A stretch of 64,000 nucleotides of DNA, taken from positions 14,570,001-14,634,000 of the forward strand of contig OX597815.1 of assembly GCA_951406725.2 (NCBI GenBank). Reading direction: 5' to 3'. Positions within the stretch are counted from its first letter, which is position 1. Each line of letters begins with the position of its first letter. The notes below the pieces were generated by a model that saw only the letters and a program-made list of their open reading frames with translations, did no database searches and was not told the DNA's origin. Position numbers and translations under genes: made by a program. This document shows positions 27,047-40,978 of the stretch, in pieces. The DNA is from Octopus vulgaris. Lineage: Eukaryota.

Positions 27047-27646
27047 TATTTCTTTACTGCCCACAAGGGGCTAAACATAGAGGGGACAAACAAGGACAGA
27101 CAAAGGGATTGAGTCGATTACATCGACCCCAGTGCAAAACTGGTACTTAATTTATCGACCCCGAAAGGATGAAAGGCAAAGTCGACCTCGGCAGAACTTG
27201 AACTCAAAACTCAGCCGCGGACGAAATACCTGTTTCTTTATTACCCACAAGGGGCTGAACATAGAGGGGACAAACAAGAACAGACAAAGGGATTGAGTCG
27301 ATTACATCGACCCCAGTGCGAAACTGATACTTTTTTTATCAACCCCGAAAGGATGAAAGGCAAAGTCGACCTAGGCGGAATTTGAACTCAGAATGTAACG
27401 ACAGACGAAATACCTATTTCTTTACTACCCACAAGGGGCTAAACATAGAGGGGACAAACAAGGACAGACAAAGGTATTAAGTCGATTACATCGACCCCAG
27501 TGCGTAACTGGTACTTAATTTGTCGACCCCGAAAGGATGAAAGGCAAAGTCGACCTAGGCGGAATTTGAACTCACAACGTAACGGCAGACGAAATACAGC
27601 TACGCAATTCTCCCGGCATGCTAACGTTTCTGCCAGCTCGCCTCCT
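27047..27646 (-). mobile_element. SINE family C trimer
   Basis: Three units; TSD AGCTATG(G/A)CAGCCATA flanks the whole trimer. Confidence 0.88.
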
Positions 27647-28204
27647 TATAGCTATGACAGCCATAGCAGTAACAGTAGCAGTAGCAAATCATTGGGACAA
27701 TTCTAACAGTGATTTTCTAGAAGCTATTAGTTCAGTAATTATGCAACAATGCCTTGTGAAACGACCACAGAGTTACACGATATTTCGCAACCGGCAATTT
27801 TCATTTAGATCTGTTTAAAAAATGCATTGTATTATCGTACTATCCAGCTTAACTTTCATCAAAAGAACATATAGCTGGAAAGTAAATTCAAAGAGGCATG
27901 TTCGCTTTTAAGTGGAATAAGCAATGCAGATTCATTGGCATGTTTCATGTTTTATGTATACACACATTTATGTATTTTAAAGTGTAATATTGAAGACCCA
28001 CTTGTATATAAGGCAAAGTCGACCTCAGCGGAATTTGAACTCAGAACGTAACGGCAGACGAAATACTGCTACGCATTTCGCCCGGCGTGCCAACGTTTCT
28101 GCCAGCTCGATGTCACACTGCATTGTACACTCTCCTGACACAAAGTAGTACATTATTAAAACCCACAAATGTTCGGCTTCAGAATCTCTAACGATGAATC
28201 ATAA

Positions 28205-28926
28205 CAGGAGTTCTCGACCATTTTTTTTATGGACCTCTTTGGTTGCTTTTTTATTCTGCTGGACCCGCCTCTCGCCATAATCATTTGATGTTTAAAAAGC
28301 TAGTTTTTTTTTTTAGAAACTTCTTTCAAAATTCCTATTTTGCTTTTCACGTATTTAATTGTGTAGGTTGAACTATGTAAAATGTTAGAGAAAGAAACTG
28401 AAGAGTTTCTCGCAAACTGAAGAGTTTCTTGCAAAGCATTTAGAGAATGCGCGGGCTAAGACTACGCGCCTTCATTGGTCAGTAAAAGCTGAGACAGGGC
28501 TGCCTGCTGGAGCCTATGCGGCAGGTATTTAAAGGGAAAAATTTGACAAGTCAGTCAGTCACCGGCCGACACTCGCTGACGCTACATCGAAGAGGCCAGG
28601 GAACAGAAGAAAGAAGACATGCACCCAACACCAGAGCTGAAGACACCTCTGAAAGGGGGGCCCACCACGTCAAAACGGTAGAGGAGTAGGGGCCGAAACT
28701 GGACGTGGTTCCTCCTGATGATGTCTTGAGCTAACTGGATCCTATAAAGGAGCTGTTGTGGTAGCAGACCACGAAACACGGTTGTAATTCCTCAGATACA
28801 GACATCTAAAGCAAATTTTTTTCAGGAGCCCTTAAAACACTACAATTTACTATTTTGTTTTGTGGACCCCCAAAAAATCTTATATGGACTCTCGGGGACC
28901 ATATAGACCCCGATTGACAACCACTG
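28205..28926. mobile_element. hAT-type MITE
   Basis: TIRs CAGGAGTTCTCGACC / GATTGACAACCACTG; 8-bp TSD AATCATAA/AATTATAA. Confidence 0.75.
28430..28800 (+). mobile_element. Solo-LTR-like repeat nested in the hAT MITE
   Basis: Inverted homolog of 46729-47090; internal TATTTAAAGG; ends ...TACA. Confidence 0.55.
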
Positions 28927-29095
28927 AATTATAAATTCACGATATAAAATATTGCCGCATAAATAATTTATTTCATGGATACAACTATTTCCACATTTCA
29001 TTTCAATATTTCAATTTGTTTCTTAACTTTTTGAATCTTGTTGAGGCCTTTTTCTTACTATTTTTTTTTTTTTCTTTTTCTTTTCTTTACTGTAG

Positions 29096-29200
29096 AAAGA
29101 CTGTGAAGAGGGATCTGAGCTTTGTGTTGGCAACATCTTTATTTCTGGTGAGACAGAAATTGAAGAAAATGAGATCGCTGACGTATCTGAAAAAAAATAA
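29096..29200 (+). CDS. Terminal exon of the putative secreted peptide (KDCEEGSELCVGNIFISGETEIEENEIADVSEKK*)
   Basis: About 40-nt polypyrimidine tract plus TAG acceptor at 29093-29095; open in phase 0 matching exon 1; stop TAA followed by AATAAA. Confidence 0.62.
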   Translation, partial: KDCEEGSELCVGNIFISGETEIEENEIADVSEKK

Positions 29201-29214
29201 TTTACCAGGAGTTT

Positions 29215-29220
29215 AATAAA
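29215..29220 (+). promoter_or_regulatory. Candidate polyadenylation signal
   Basis: AATAAA 14 nt after the stop; alternative ATTAAA near 29319. Confidence 0.4.
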
Positions 29221-29439
29221 AAGCAGCAATGAACATAACAATGGAAAGAAATTCATTCTTAGAATAATATTGGTAAACAAGAATGGAACCAATGATGTAG
29301 TTACCAAACAGTCATTGCATTAAAAGTGAACATTTCATATATGTGTCTGTGAAAAAATATATATATATATACATATATATATATGTATACACACAAGCAC
29401 ACACCTATGTATGTATGGATGTGTATATATATACATATT

Positions 29440-29531
<92 letters not shown>

Positions 29532-29578
29532 AAAGTATACATATATATAAAAGTATACATATAAATATACATATATAT

Positions 29579-29639
<61 letters not shown>

Positions 29640-30171
29640 TGATAGCAGAAACAAAGAAGACATGTATTTAATAACAGAAGAATAGATTAAAAGTTCAAAC
29701 TACATTGGGGCTATAAGCTTTCTATCTTGGGTTAGTAATCTAAATGCAACTAAAATCCTGGAATCGAGAGAAACAGAGAAAGATGGGGAGGGATAGAGAG
29801 AAGTGGGTTGGAGTAAGAGATGGCGATTGTCAAAAAACATATTTTATGGGTTCAGTATTTGTTGTAAGGCTTATGCAATATTAAACTAGAAATTTATGCA
29901 CTGGTATATTCGTAGTTTTTCCTTTTTCTCCACGTATTCACAAGCGCGCATGCGTCTATACACACACTTAGGAATACTACGTCAGCCTTCCCGTTGAGTT
30001 CAAAATAAATAGTAGTCTTTTTAGGGAATACGACCGTGCGTAAGGAGTTGGTGACGGAAACGTCCTAACAAAATATATAGCCAAATACATGATATAAAGA
30101 ATATGTGCCAAGGGAATAAATGAAGACGACAACCGTTCTAATGTTTGAGAGAGAAAGACTTTAATTACAAA

Positions 30172-30568
30172 CTAACAGTATCGCCCGGCGTTGCTCGGGT
30201 TTGTAAGGGAAATAACTATATAAGCATTTTTAGAGAGTTATAGCCAAAAAATAGCAAAAAAATGCATTAAAAATGGGAAAAAAATGATGGTAATTTTTTT
30301 TTAAATCGTTGACTCATCGTAGACATTTTTAGAGAGTTACTTCCCTTATATAATAGCGAAAAAATGCATTAAAATGGGAAAAAATTATGGTAATTTTTTT
30401 TTTAAATCGTAGACTCATCGTAGTCGCGCGCTAATACCCAGAAGGGCTCGATATGAATCACGACTATAAGATACCCGCTTTTGGTTAAACTGCACCGCAA
30501 AATGTGGGAGTAGTTAGGAATCTAAATCGTAGGAGACAGACACACAACTTGACTTTTATATATAAAGA
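30172..30568 (-). mobile_element. Non-autonomous Helitron
   Basis: Minus: starts TCTTTATATATAAAAG; ends with hairpin CCCGAGCAACGCCGGG then TTAG (CTAG-like); inserted between A and T with no TSD. Confidence 0.8.
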
Positions 30569-31511
30569 TGTGTACAATGAGAGTGTGTGTGAGTGCTAGC
30601 AAAGTTGAGTGTCTGTGTGCATGCGACAAGTGTTTGCGTCTGTGTGTTCGTGTGTGCGACAGAAGTACAAACAAGGTGTATGCGTATGTGAGACAGAATA
30701 CAGAGCATAGGAAAGAGTCTTAGCATATTTTAGACAAGATGGAATGAGTTTACCAGTTCGTGAGGTACACAATAGTAACAGTTCTGTAACGGGATGTTGG
30801 GGTCACAAGGCAGAATGCCAGTTGAACACATGTCCTGTAGCGGTTGAGGGTGCAATGCTGAGCCGGGTCTCTTGATACAGGAAGTTCTTTCAGGTAGACT
30901 GGAGTTGTTTACCTCGGTGAAAATCACAACCGCGCGAAAGCTGAATCTGAGCGAGTGCTGTGTACGTATTGCTGAAGTCGACGGAGATGGAGACGACGTA
31001 GAGTTGAAGGACGACGATGATGATGGCGGCGGCAGAGAAAGACGTCGTCGAGATGAAGGCGACAGAGACGGAGAACGTCCTGCGTTGCCGGTGTATGTTA
31101 GCGTCGTCATGACTGGAGCGGGAGCATGGTTAGCTGGCTGGTCGTCTGTCGCTAGAACTGGAACATGGCTGAGTAGCTCTGTGGTCAGTGACTAGACCTT
31201 AAAAGATCTAGAGCCAAAGACGAATAATAGTCGATCTCGCCTTTTTAAAGGGTTTAGGTGGCTCAAATGAAGCACAAGAAAAACAGTGTCACGGGACCTT
31301 ATCCGAAGGCCGTGATTGGTTGGCTGACACACTGGCGCGAAATAAGTCGAGAGACAAACTGCGCCAATGCCAACCAATCAGAGCAGCGGACACAACAGGG
31401 TTAAAATAACCGAAGATGGTTGTTATCTAACACGAGATCATTTCTAATAGTGAGGATATCAGCTGCGCTACATCTTAATTTGAATATATTTTCATAAAAC
31501 TATGATTCATG

Positions 31512-31677
31512 TAGGAGTGGCTGTGTGGTAAGTAGCTTGCTAACCAACCACATGGTTGCAGGTTCAGTCCCACTGCGTAGCACCTTGGGCAAGTGTCTTC
31601 TGCTATAGCCCCGGGCCGACCAATGCCTTGTGAGTGGATTTGGTAGACGGAAACTGAAAGAAGTCTGTCGTATATAC

Positions 31678-31730
<53 letters not shown>

Positions 31731-31955
31731 TGTGTGTGTGTATATCTGTGTTTGTCCCCCTAGCATTGCTTGACAACCGATGCTGGTGCGTTTACGTCCC
31801 CGTCACTTAGCGCTTCGGCAAAAGAGACCGATAGAATAAGTACTGGGCTTACAAAGAATAAGTCCCGGGGTCGATTTGCTCGACTAAAGGCGGTGCTCCA
31901 GCATGGCCACAGTCAAATGACTGAAACAAGTAAAAGAGTAAAAGAGTAAAAGAGT
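31512..31955 (+). mobile_element. SINE family D
   Basis: Full match to family D. Confidence 0.88.
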
Positions 31956-32246
31956 AGTTTTTCAGCACTTTTTTTAAAGCTTAACATGGTCGTCATCCTT
32001 TTTCGTGTCAACTCGAACAATAACTATCATTCCTTGTAATTCTTACCTCTTGTCACTATCTGTACTCGTTAAACTATTCATCTCTTTATCACATTTGATC
32101 TTTAAAAACCACACACGTGAAACCTCAGTTTGAGTTCTCGAATTATCTTTTTTTTTTTGTTGCAGCTGATTTTATTTGCGTTGTTCTTCGTTATGTATTT
32201 TCGTGTTATAATTGTTCATGTATGGGTAGTTCTTGATGCATGAACT

Positions 32247-32334
<88 letters not shown>

Positions 32335-32687
32335 TTAATAATAATAATAATAATAATAACACATTTGAATCAGTAAACATTGGCAAAAGTAATTTTAAAG
32401 GTACATAATAGCAAACACCTTTTACTGACATCTTAACATCACACTATCATCGTCTAATCGAATCACTTTTAAAACAAATTTCTAATTTTCTTATATTTTG
32501 ACAAACATTCTCTAGAATAATAGTCTGTGCAGAACCAAAAATATGACACCCTAATCATAACAACAAGTTGAACTTCTAACTTGTTGTCTCTTGAGGTCTC
32601 TGGATGAGACTTGGAGTCAACTTGTACAAATTCAAAGCAAAAGCCAAACATATAATGATGATGATGATGATGATGATGATAATGATA

Positions 32688-32724
<37 letters not shown>

Positions 32725-32731
32725 GTAATAA

Positions 32732-32769
<38 letters not shown>

Positions 32770-33524
32770 TACTCTTCAAAGAACCTTACTTTCAGACTAA
32801 CATCTACACCCTGTAAAATATTCTGCAGCAAAACTGCGACAAATATAAAATAGCTTCAGCTGTGTTTGGGTTCCTCATGGAACGATTCAGTACGATTTCA
32901 GTAAACATAACACCGTATGTCAGTGTGGCGTATGTATATGTGTGTGTACGCGGGCGTAGGCGTGCGTGCGTGTGTATGTATGTATGTATGTATGTATGTA
33001 TGTATGTATGTAGGTATGTATGTATGTATGTAGGTATGTATGTATGTATGTATGTATGTATGTATGTATGCATGTATGTATGTATGTATGTATGTATGTA
33101 TGTATGTATGTATAAGCAAACTTTTAGATCAGTTCAGATATGTTTGGGACATAGCTGACTTCTAAAAACGCCATTTTCATGCGGTTTACCGAGGCGAAAA
33201 TTCTCACTTTAAACAACGGGTGTTAAAACATCAACATTTATCTCTCAAGGCACCGTCCTTGGAACGATGAATTCATTTAAACTACTTGGCTATCATCAGT
33301 ACAGGGTATCCTGAAATGATTTTGGAAGTCATAGCTTCCTTATAAGAAATCAACAGAAAATATTTTGTGACTAAGTGCGATACCACCAGGTTAGAACAAA
33401 ATAATTAATAAACACGCGAAAGCAGTGTTGTACACCAAACGAAGTTTTACATCACTTCAAATTCAGGTATATTTGACCTGTAAAAAGGCCATTTTTTCAC
33501 TGCAGTTTGCTGAGAAAAAATTAT

Positions 33525-34154
33525 CGCTTTAGGCAACAGTTGTTAAAACTCTAACAGTCATGTCAGGTTCTTATGGAAGCACTCCGTCGGTTACGACGAC
33601 GAGGGTTCCGGTTGATCCGGATCAACGGAACAGCCTGCTCGTGAAATTAACGTGTAAGTGGCTGAGTACTCCACAGACACGTGTACCCCTAACGTAGTTC
33701 TCGGGGATATTCAGCGTGACACAGCGAGTGACAAGGCCGGCCCCTTGAAATACAGGTACAACAGAAACAGGAAGTAAGAGTGAGAGAAAGTTGTGGTGAA
33801 AGAGTACAGCAGGGATCACCACCATCCCCTGCCGGAGCCTCGTGGAGCTTTAGGTGTTTTCGCTCAATAAACACTCACAACGCCCGGTCTGGGAATCGAA
33901 ACCGCGATCCTATGACCGCGAGTCCGCTGCCCTAACCACTGGGCCATTGCGCCTCCACTCATGTCAGGTTGCCCTAATGGTAGATAGTCCCTATTGATTT
34001 TCCATAAGGAAGCTATGACTTTCACAATCATTTCAGTTTTGTTTTTCTCAGCAACCGGCACTGATAATAGCTAATTAGCTTGAAATGCATTCATCGGTCC
34101 ACAGAAAGTACTTTGGCATGACTATTGGTGTTTTAACACCAGTTGCCTAAAGTA
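33525..34154. mobile_element. MITE with ~40-bp TIRs, interrupted by a SINE
   Basis: CTTTAGGCAACAGTTGTTAAAACTCTAACAGTCATG versus reverse complement CTTTAGGCAACTGGTGTTAAAACACCAATAGTCATG. Confidence 0.65.
33575..33957 (-). mobile_element. tRNA-derived SINE family A, full length
   Basis: TSD TCATGTCAGGTT; A/B boxes present. Confidence 0.9.
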
Positions 34155-34349
34155 AGAGTTCAAATCCTGCTAAGGCACGCTTTCCCTCTCGTCTTTCTGG
34201 GATCGATGAAGTAAAGTAGTTGTCAAGTGCTAGAATCGATACAATCGATTTTCCCCCTCCTTTCAAAATGTTAGGCTTTATAACTCTGTTTTAATTTTTG
34301 TGCCAGATTATGAAAAAAAAATTGAGACGCGAGAACAGTCTGGTAAACT

Positions 34350-36115
34350 AAACGGGCTCATCCGTCGTTGTCGACGATGACCAAGGACATCACGTGGGAG
34401 AAGAAGAGGAGGTCTTGTTTTTGCCTTTCTCACGTGTCTGGATTGATCTCAAAGCTTTACCGTGATGCTTTGAGTGTACCCTTGAAGCGCTTTCTCTGTC
34501 CACCATTTCGTGCGCTTACCTTCTGTCAGTTCACTGTCTTTTGGAAGCTGCGTGTCAAGCATCCGATAGCATGGCTGAGAATATCATGCTGAACAACGTA
34601 GGTGCGAGTGCACAGCGCTGCTTTACTCCGTCAATGACTGACAATGCATCGGAAGACTTCCTACTATCTCGTACATGTCGTATTGAATTTGTCCGAGCAG
34701 CCGAACTTGCCCATGAACTTCCAAAGCCCCTCATAACTAATGTTGTCAAAAGCCTTGGTTAAATCTACAAACGTCGTATTTAGGTCCCTGTTCTATTCCA
34801 GACATTTCTCTGAAGTTGGCGTGCGGCAAATATTAAGTCGACTGTCCCACAGCCCTCTCTGAAATCACACTGATTTTCTGGAAGATGCCCGTCTCCCCAT
34901 GTGTTGAGTCAGGCGGTTAAGGAAGATTTTTGCGAGCATCTTGCCAGTGATGACAAGGGGTGATATCCCTCGGTGGTTGTCACAAGACTGCCTTTTTCCC
35001 TTTCTCTTGTAGAGATGGACAATAGAAGCATCCTTGAGCTCCTGGGGAACAACTTCCTGTTGCTACATGGTCTGAAAGATACTGGTGAGCTACTGTGTCA
35101 AAACTGGTCCCACTGTCTTGTATATTTCAGCTTGGATTGCATCAGAGCCAGGTGCCTTACCATTTGAGAGAGATCTTAAGTGCTTTCTGGGCTTCTGCTG
35201 CTGTTAAAGGCTCTGCTAGAGGAGTGTTGATGTCAACTCGGGGCATTTGAGCAATGGCCTCGGCCTTGATAGAGGAAACCCTATCCAGGACGTTGCTGAA
35301 GTGCTCTGCCCACCTTTCCGGGATTGTGTCTTTGCCAGTGATGTGCGCGATCCTGTCAGCACTGGTCAATCGTGATGTTCTGGAGGACTGTATCCCGTAC
35401 AATGCTTTCAGGGAACTTCTAAACACTTGTTTAGAAGTGTTTAGATACTTCTAAACACTGATGTATTGTAGAAACACTTGGAGTCGTTGCTTTCAGCGTA
35501 ATTCTGAATCTCATCCGCCTTGTTGCTTAGCTAGGAATCTTTCATCTCTCTCAGCTTTACTTGTACCTTGCTTTTAGTGGCGTTGTAGGCTGCTCTCTTG
35601 GAAGCTGATGTGCTGCTTTGTTGAGATACTCTGTAGGTTTTACGCTTCTCATTGAGCAGCTTCTGAATTTTCTCATCGAAGTCATCGAAACAGTTTTGGT
35701 GTCTACGCATGTTCTGGCCCAGGTTAGTGAGTCTCTAAGCACCACCCAGTCCTCTTCTGCTCTCTTTGTATCAACGTTGAGTAAATTCAACTTGCTCTCC
35801 ATCCAGGTCTTTGCAGAAGTTCTGTTTCACACTGGGCCGTTCCACTTTATTGAAGTTTTGTCGCTTGTTTGCCGGCTTCCCTTGTAGTCGCTGCCTGAAC
35901 TGGAAACAAAGGGTTTGTCATGTGCTGTTCAGGTCATCAACACTAGATAACCGTTGCTGTTGCTCTTGCTAACTCCGTTTCTCCCAATGACCTCCTCCCA
36001 TGTCTGGTAGTTTACACCAACTCTGGCGTTTAAGTCATCGAGAACAACGAGCTTGTCACCCTAAGACACAACTGCTATGAGGGCTTCGAAATTTTCATAA
36101 CACTTGTCCTCAACC
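34350..36115 (-). mobile_element. RTE-clade LINE relic, internally deleted
   Basis: Minus motifs LVVLDDLNARVG (endonuclease), ERWAEHFSNVL, KAPGSDAI, FVDLTKAFD, GVKQRCALAPTLFS; many stops. Confidence 0.88.
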
Positions 36116-37144
36116 TAAACCAAAGTTAGCCGGATAAACTAACAACATCGTGATGTACTAGTCTACAAATTCTCAGAGTAGGTGTCTTTCCAACTGTCTG
36201 GAATTACATATTGGAAAGACTGATTGAAGCTACAACAGCCTTATACTACTATAATAATTTCTGATAACTTTTGCACAATGCATGTGTGCGCGCATCACGT
36301 GTGCATTTATTTGTGTTTGCGTGCGTGCGTGTGTGTATGCATGCATGTGCGTGCACGCGTGTGCACGGGAATATTAAAGAAATTTATCAGTAGGTGTGGG
36401 AATGTGTGTTATATCCATGTGTGTGTGCGTGCGTGCGTGTATGTGTGTGTGTGTGTTATGTACGCATGTATGTACGTATGTCCACACACACACACATATA
36501 CATACACACACATACACACATACACAAACATACACACACACATACACACACACATACATATATTTATGTATTCTCTTCCTCTTTTTAATTTAGAGTAAAT
36601 TTTGACTCGGTAGTAAGGTTATGAAAGAAAGTATTTGATTTAACCATCATCCTTTAAATCTTAAGAAGGTCTTACAAATATTTTTAGTCCCAGATATCGC
36701 GGTCATTTGTAGCGCGTAAATTAAGGATTTGCATTCTCTCCCGAAGATCCCAAGTTCAGCCATACTTTGCTCCAGGCGGGATGGTATATATCCTCTTGCT
36801 TCAAGAATAATTGGTATACAGCTGAAAGTGTATCTTGGGTTCTGGATTTGCAATTTCCTTATCAATGTTTCATAGATGTCCCCTTTCTCTTGTATTTTTC
36901 TAACCACATTCATGTCTCAGGGGCAGCTGATTTTCACAACAGGACATATTTTTTATTTGTGGTCCCATAGAACGACATTTGGCCGGTTGTATTTTAACTT
37001 GGTGACTCTTTTAATTTTCTAGTTCCATCAGTATTCTTTTGACCCATCGATCTCAATATGGTCAGTTCGTTTGAAGGTATTCTCTTTTTTGTTATCCTGT
37101 TCCATACCGTTCTGGCCACCGTATCATGCATCATGGGCACATAA

Positions 37145-37213
37145 AAGGCGGTGAGCTGGCAGAAACGTTAGCACGCTGGACGAAATAGCCCCATTGTGGG
37201 CAATAAAGAAATA
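37145..37213 (+). mobile_element. Head-plus-tail mini copy of SINE family C
   Basis: AAGGCGGTGAGCTGGCAG...GAAAT fused to AGCCCCATTGTGGGCAATAAAGAAATA; TSD GTATCATGCATCATGGG. Confidence 0.8.
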
Positions 37214-37667
37214 GTATCATGCATCATGGGAAGATAATAACTGGAAGACATTCTCTCACAGTTATCAATAATGTAGTTGATGGCTCCAGTCTTGGTCTTG
37301 CACAGCCTACATCTGTTATCCATCAACGTTTTCTGCCTTTTATGTTGCAGGGACATGGTGACAATCTCTTGTTCATGGGATGCATGGATACAACCTTCAA
37401 CGTGGGATGTCATAAACTGTCGGTGCTTCATGCCAAGCTGTTGACGTCATCAATCCTTTATCTGGTTTGTGTTTTACGTGCCAAGTATTCATGTACTATC
37501 TTCTCAGTGAACTGATGTATTTTTTTTTCTGATGAATACATTTTAGATATGCACCTTGGGAAGAAATCTGTATCAGTTTTCAGTTCTTATTTCATGTCAC
37601 TCATAAAGTTCATTAGCTATCCTAATTATGTTCTTGGTTTCATGGTCACAAACTTGGACAAGATATG

Positions 37668-38000
37668 TTTCTTTATTAGCCACACAGGGCTGCTCACAGA
37701 CGGGATAGAATACAAAGCAGAGCTTTTCTCTTTGGGTAAAAAAAGTGTGGGGTAGGTTTTTGATCAAAAGGGATCGTAAAACGGGGTGGGAGAAAAAAAG
37801 AAAAAGAAAAAAGCGATCAATAGGGATCGTGTATCACAGAAATTTGATGTAAAGTGTAAAGGGGGAAGCAGATAAGGTTTATCTGTGGAAAGAAAAGCCT
37901 ACGGAAAAGGCCACGGTAACCTCGGTCAATAATGTTACATGTTACCACATTTGTTTGCAAGTAGGTAACCTTCTGTTTTAAATTTTTCCGGGTTCATAGG
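37668..38000 (-). mobile_element. 3' UTR-like fragment of a non-LTR element nested in the RLE relic
   Basis: Pyrimidine-rich on minus, ending CCCTGTGTGGCTAATAAAGAAA; interrupts the RLE reading frame. Confidence 0.55.
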
Positions 38001-38159
38001 ATTATGCTCAAGATGGCTTCGTTATTCATACGTGCCATCTTTAGGATAGCTACTGCTCTCTTTCCTCTGCTGCAGATGTTGTGTCAGAGTTACAATCCAT
38101 GCTTCATATGACATCAATGCAGATTTGAGACCACAGCCACCTTCCTTGCTTGAGAAGTA

Positions 38160-40048
38160 TAGTCTGTCTGTCTGTCTGTCTGTCTGTCTGTATGTATGTA
38201 TGTATGTATGTATGTATGTATGTATGTATGTATGTATGTATGTATGTATGTATGTACGTTTGTATGTATGTATGTATGTATGTATGTATGTATGTATGTA
38301 TGTATGTATGTATGTATGTATGTATGTATGTATGTATGTATGTATGTATGTATGAATGTATGTTTGTATGTATGTATGTATGTTTGTATGTATGTATATA
38401 TACAGATATGTATGTATGTATGTATGCATGTATGTTTGTATGTATTATGTAAGTATGTATGTATGTATGTATGCATGTATGTATGTATGTATGTATGTGT
38501 GTGTGTATGTATGTATGTATTATGTAAGTATGTATGTATGCATGTATGTATGTATGTATGTATGTATGTATGTATGTATGTATGTATGTATGTATGTATA
38601 TATGTACGTTTGTATGTATGTATGTATGTATGTATGTATGAATGTATGTTTGTATGTATGTATGTTTGTACGTATGTATGTATATATACAGATATAAATG
38701 TATGTATGTATGCATGTATGTTTGTATGTATGTATTATGTAAGTATGCATGTATGTATGTATGCATGTATGTATGTATGCATGTATGCATGTATGTATGT
38801 ATGCATGTATGTCTGTATGTATGTATGTATGCATGTATGTCTGTATGCATGTATGTATGTATGTATGTATGTATGTTTGTATGTATGTATGTATGTATGT
38901 ATGTATGCATGTATGTCTGTATGCATGTATGTATGTATGTATGTATGTATGTTTGTATGTATGTATGTATGTATGTATGTATGCATGTATGTCTGTATGC
39001 ATGTATGTATGTATGTATGTATGTATGTATGTTTGTATGTATGTATGTATGTATGTATGTATGCATGTATGTCTGTATGCATGTATGTATGTATGTATGT
39101 ATGTTTGTATACATGTATGTATGTATGCATTATGTATGTATGCATGTATGCATGTATGTATATATGCATGTATGTCTGTATGTTTGTATGTATGTATGTA
39201 TGTATGTATGTATATATGTATGTATGTAAGTATTTATGTACGTAAGTGAGTATTTCTGTGGTTCACTCATTTTTCATATAAAGCATGAAAACATATGCAG
39301 AGAGATGTGTATGTATATGTCTGTAATGCTAGCTATCAAACTCTGCGTCGCGATGTATTTTCTCTAACAGACTTTATCATTTCATATAATTCATTCTGCT
39401 ATATGTCTTGTGTACTCTGCTTGTGACTGTGTAAACACACACACACACGCACACACACACACATACACACACATACAGATACATACACCCATACACACAC
39501 ACACAGACAAACACACACGTGTATTCATGCATGCATACATAAATATTTGTGTATGCAGTATAAATATATAGATATGAAATTACCGACAAATATAGACATG
39601 TGCATTAATGTTTGTATGAATGGGTTAAATATACATAGATACATACAACCAAGTATGCACTTATGCATGTATGTGTGTATGTATGTATATATGCATGTAT
39701 GCATATATGTATGCATGTATGTATGTATGTATGTATGTATGCATGTATGTATGTATGTATGTATGTATGTATGTATGTATGTATGCATGTATGTATGTAT
39801 GTATGCATGTATGTATGCATGTATGTATGTATGTATGTATGTATGTATGCATGTATGTATGTATGTGTGTGCGGGAATGTGAGTGTCTTCCCCAATCATG
39901 GACAGCAATATACGAGGAATTTTGCTGTCAACTTTAGCATTATTTTCAGGAAGATTAATTCTTAGAGATATCTATGCATATGTGTGTGTGTATATATGTA
40001 TATGCCTATGTGTGCCTTTATACGAGACTGGCAGTACATATGTCCGCG

Positions 40049-40144
<96 letters not shown>

Positions 40145-40430
40145 CATATATATACATATTTATATATATATACATATATATATACATATAAATATATGTA
40201 TGTATATATATGTATGTATGTATACATATATGCATGCATGTACATAAATACATATATATATATATATACATTTATATACATATACATATATGTATGTATA
40301 TATATATGTATGTATGTATATATATGTATGCATGTACATAAATACATATATATATATATAAGTGTGAGCGCCCGTGTGTGTGCGTGCACCTGCGTGTGTG
40401 TGTGTGTGTATGTGTGTGTGTGTGTGTTTG
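38160..40430. repeat. Large (TATG)n/(TG)n/(TA)n microsatellite block
   Basis: Directly visible. Confidence 0.95.
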
Positions 40431-40978
40431 ACCTGTTCATGTCCAGCAATATATTAAGATATTACCTGTCAACTTCTATATTATCCCAAGGGGGATGATG
40501 TGTGCATACATGTCTGCATAGGTAAGTCTTATGAGACTGCGCATATAAGTGCATGTTCATATGCATATATGTGTATGTGCATGCGCGCGCATGTAAGCAT
40601 GTGCGTGCGTTCGTGTGTTTATATATTCAATCTATTCAGCTGCCACAATATTCTGGTGTATTAACTGTCATCCATGATATTATCTCCAGGAAAATATTGA
40701 AACAAAAACATAAACACATAAACTAAAACATATATATACACATAAAGCTAAAATTCAATATATTGTTCTTAACCTGGGATTGAACCTTCAATACATGTAT
40801 TTACAAGCTTTTATTGTTTTTGTTTTTGTTGGGGTTTTTTCAGCAAAGTTATTATATGGGCTAATACAAATATTACTCTCATACGAGTTGAATAACAAAA
40901 ATATGAGAATCCACTTCGATACGAACCCACATCTTCCCACTAATACATACGTTATGTGATGATTATATTACGGGTACT

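Larger units (their letters stand above)
36647..38160 (-). mobile_element. RLE-type non-LTR retrotransposon relic (R4/NeSL/HERO-like)
   Basis: LYFSSKEGGCGLKS, knuckle remnant CRLC..NC..HD, PD-(D/E)XK-like RPNVVLWD..KISCP, C-terminal LQMTAISGT. Confidence 0.78.

Noticed and set aside
38104-40498. MYVC/HTYI-repeat ORFs (also at 12-13 kb, 20.8 kb and 33 kb)
   Set aside because: Translation of (TATG)n.
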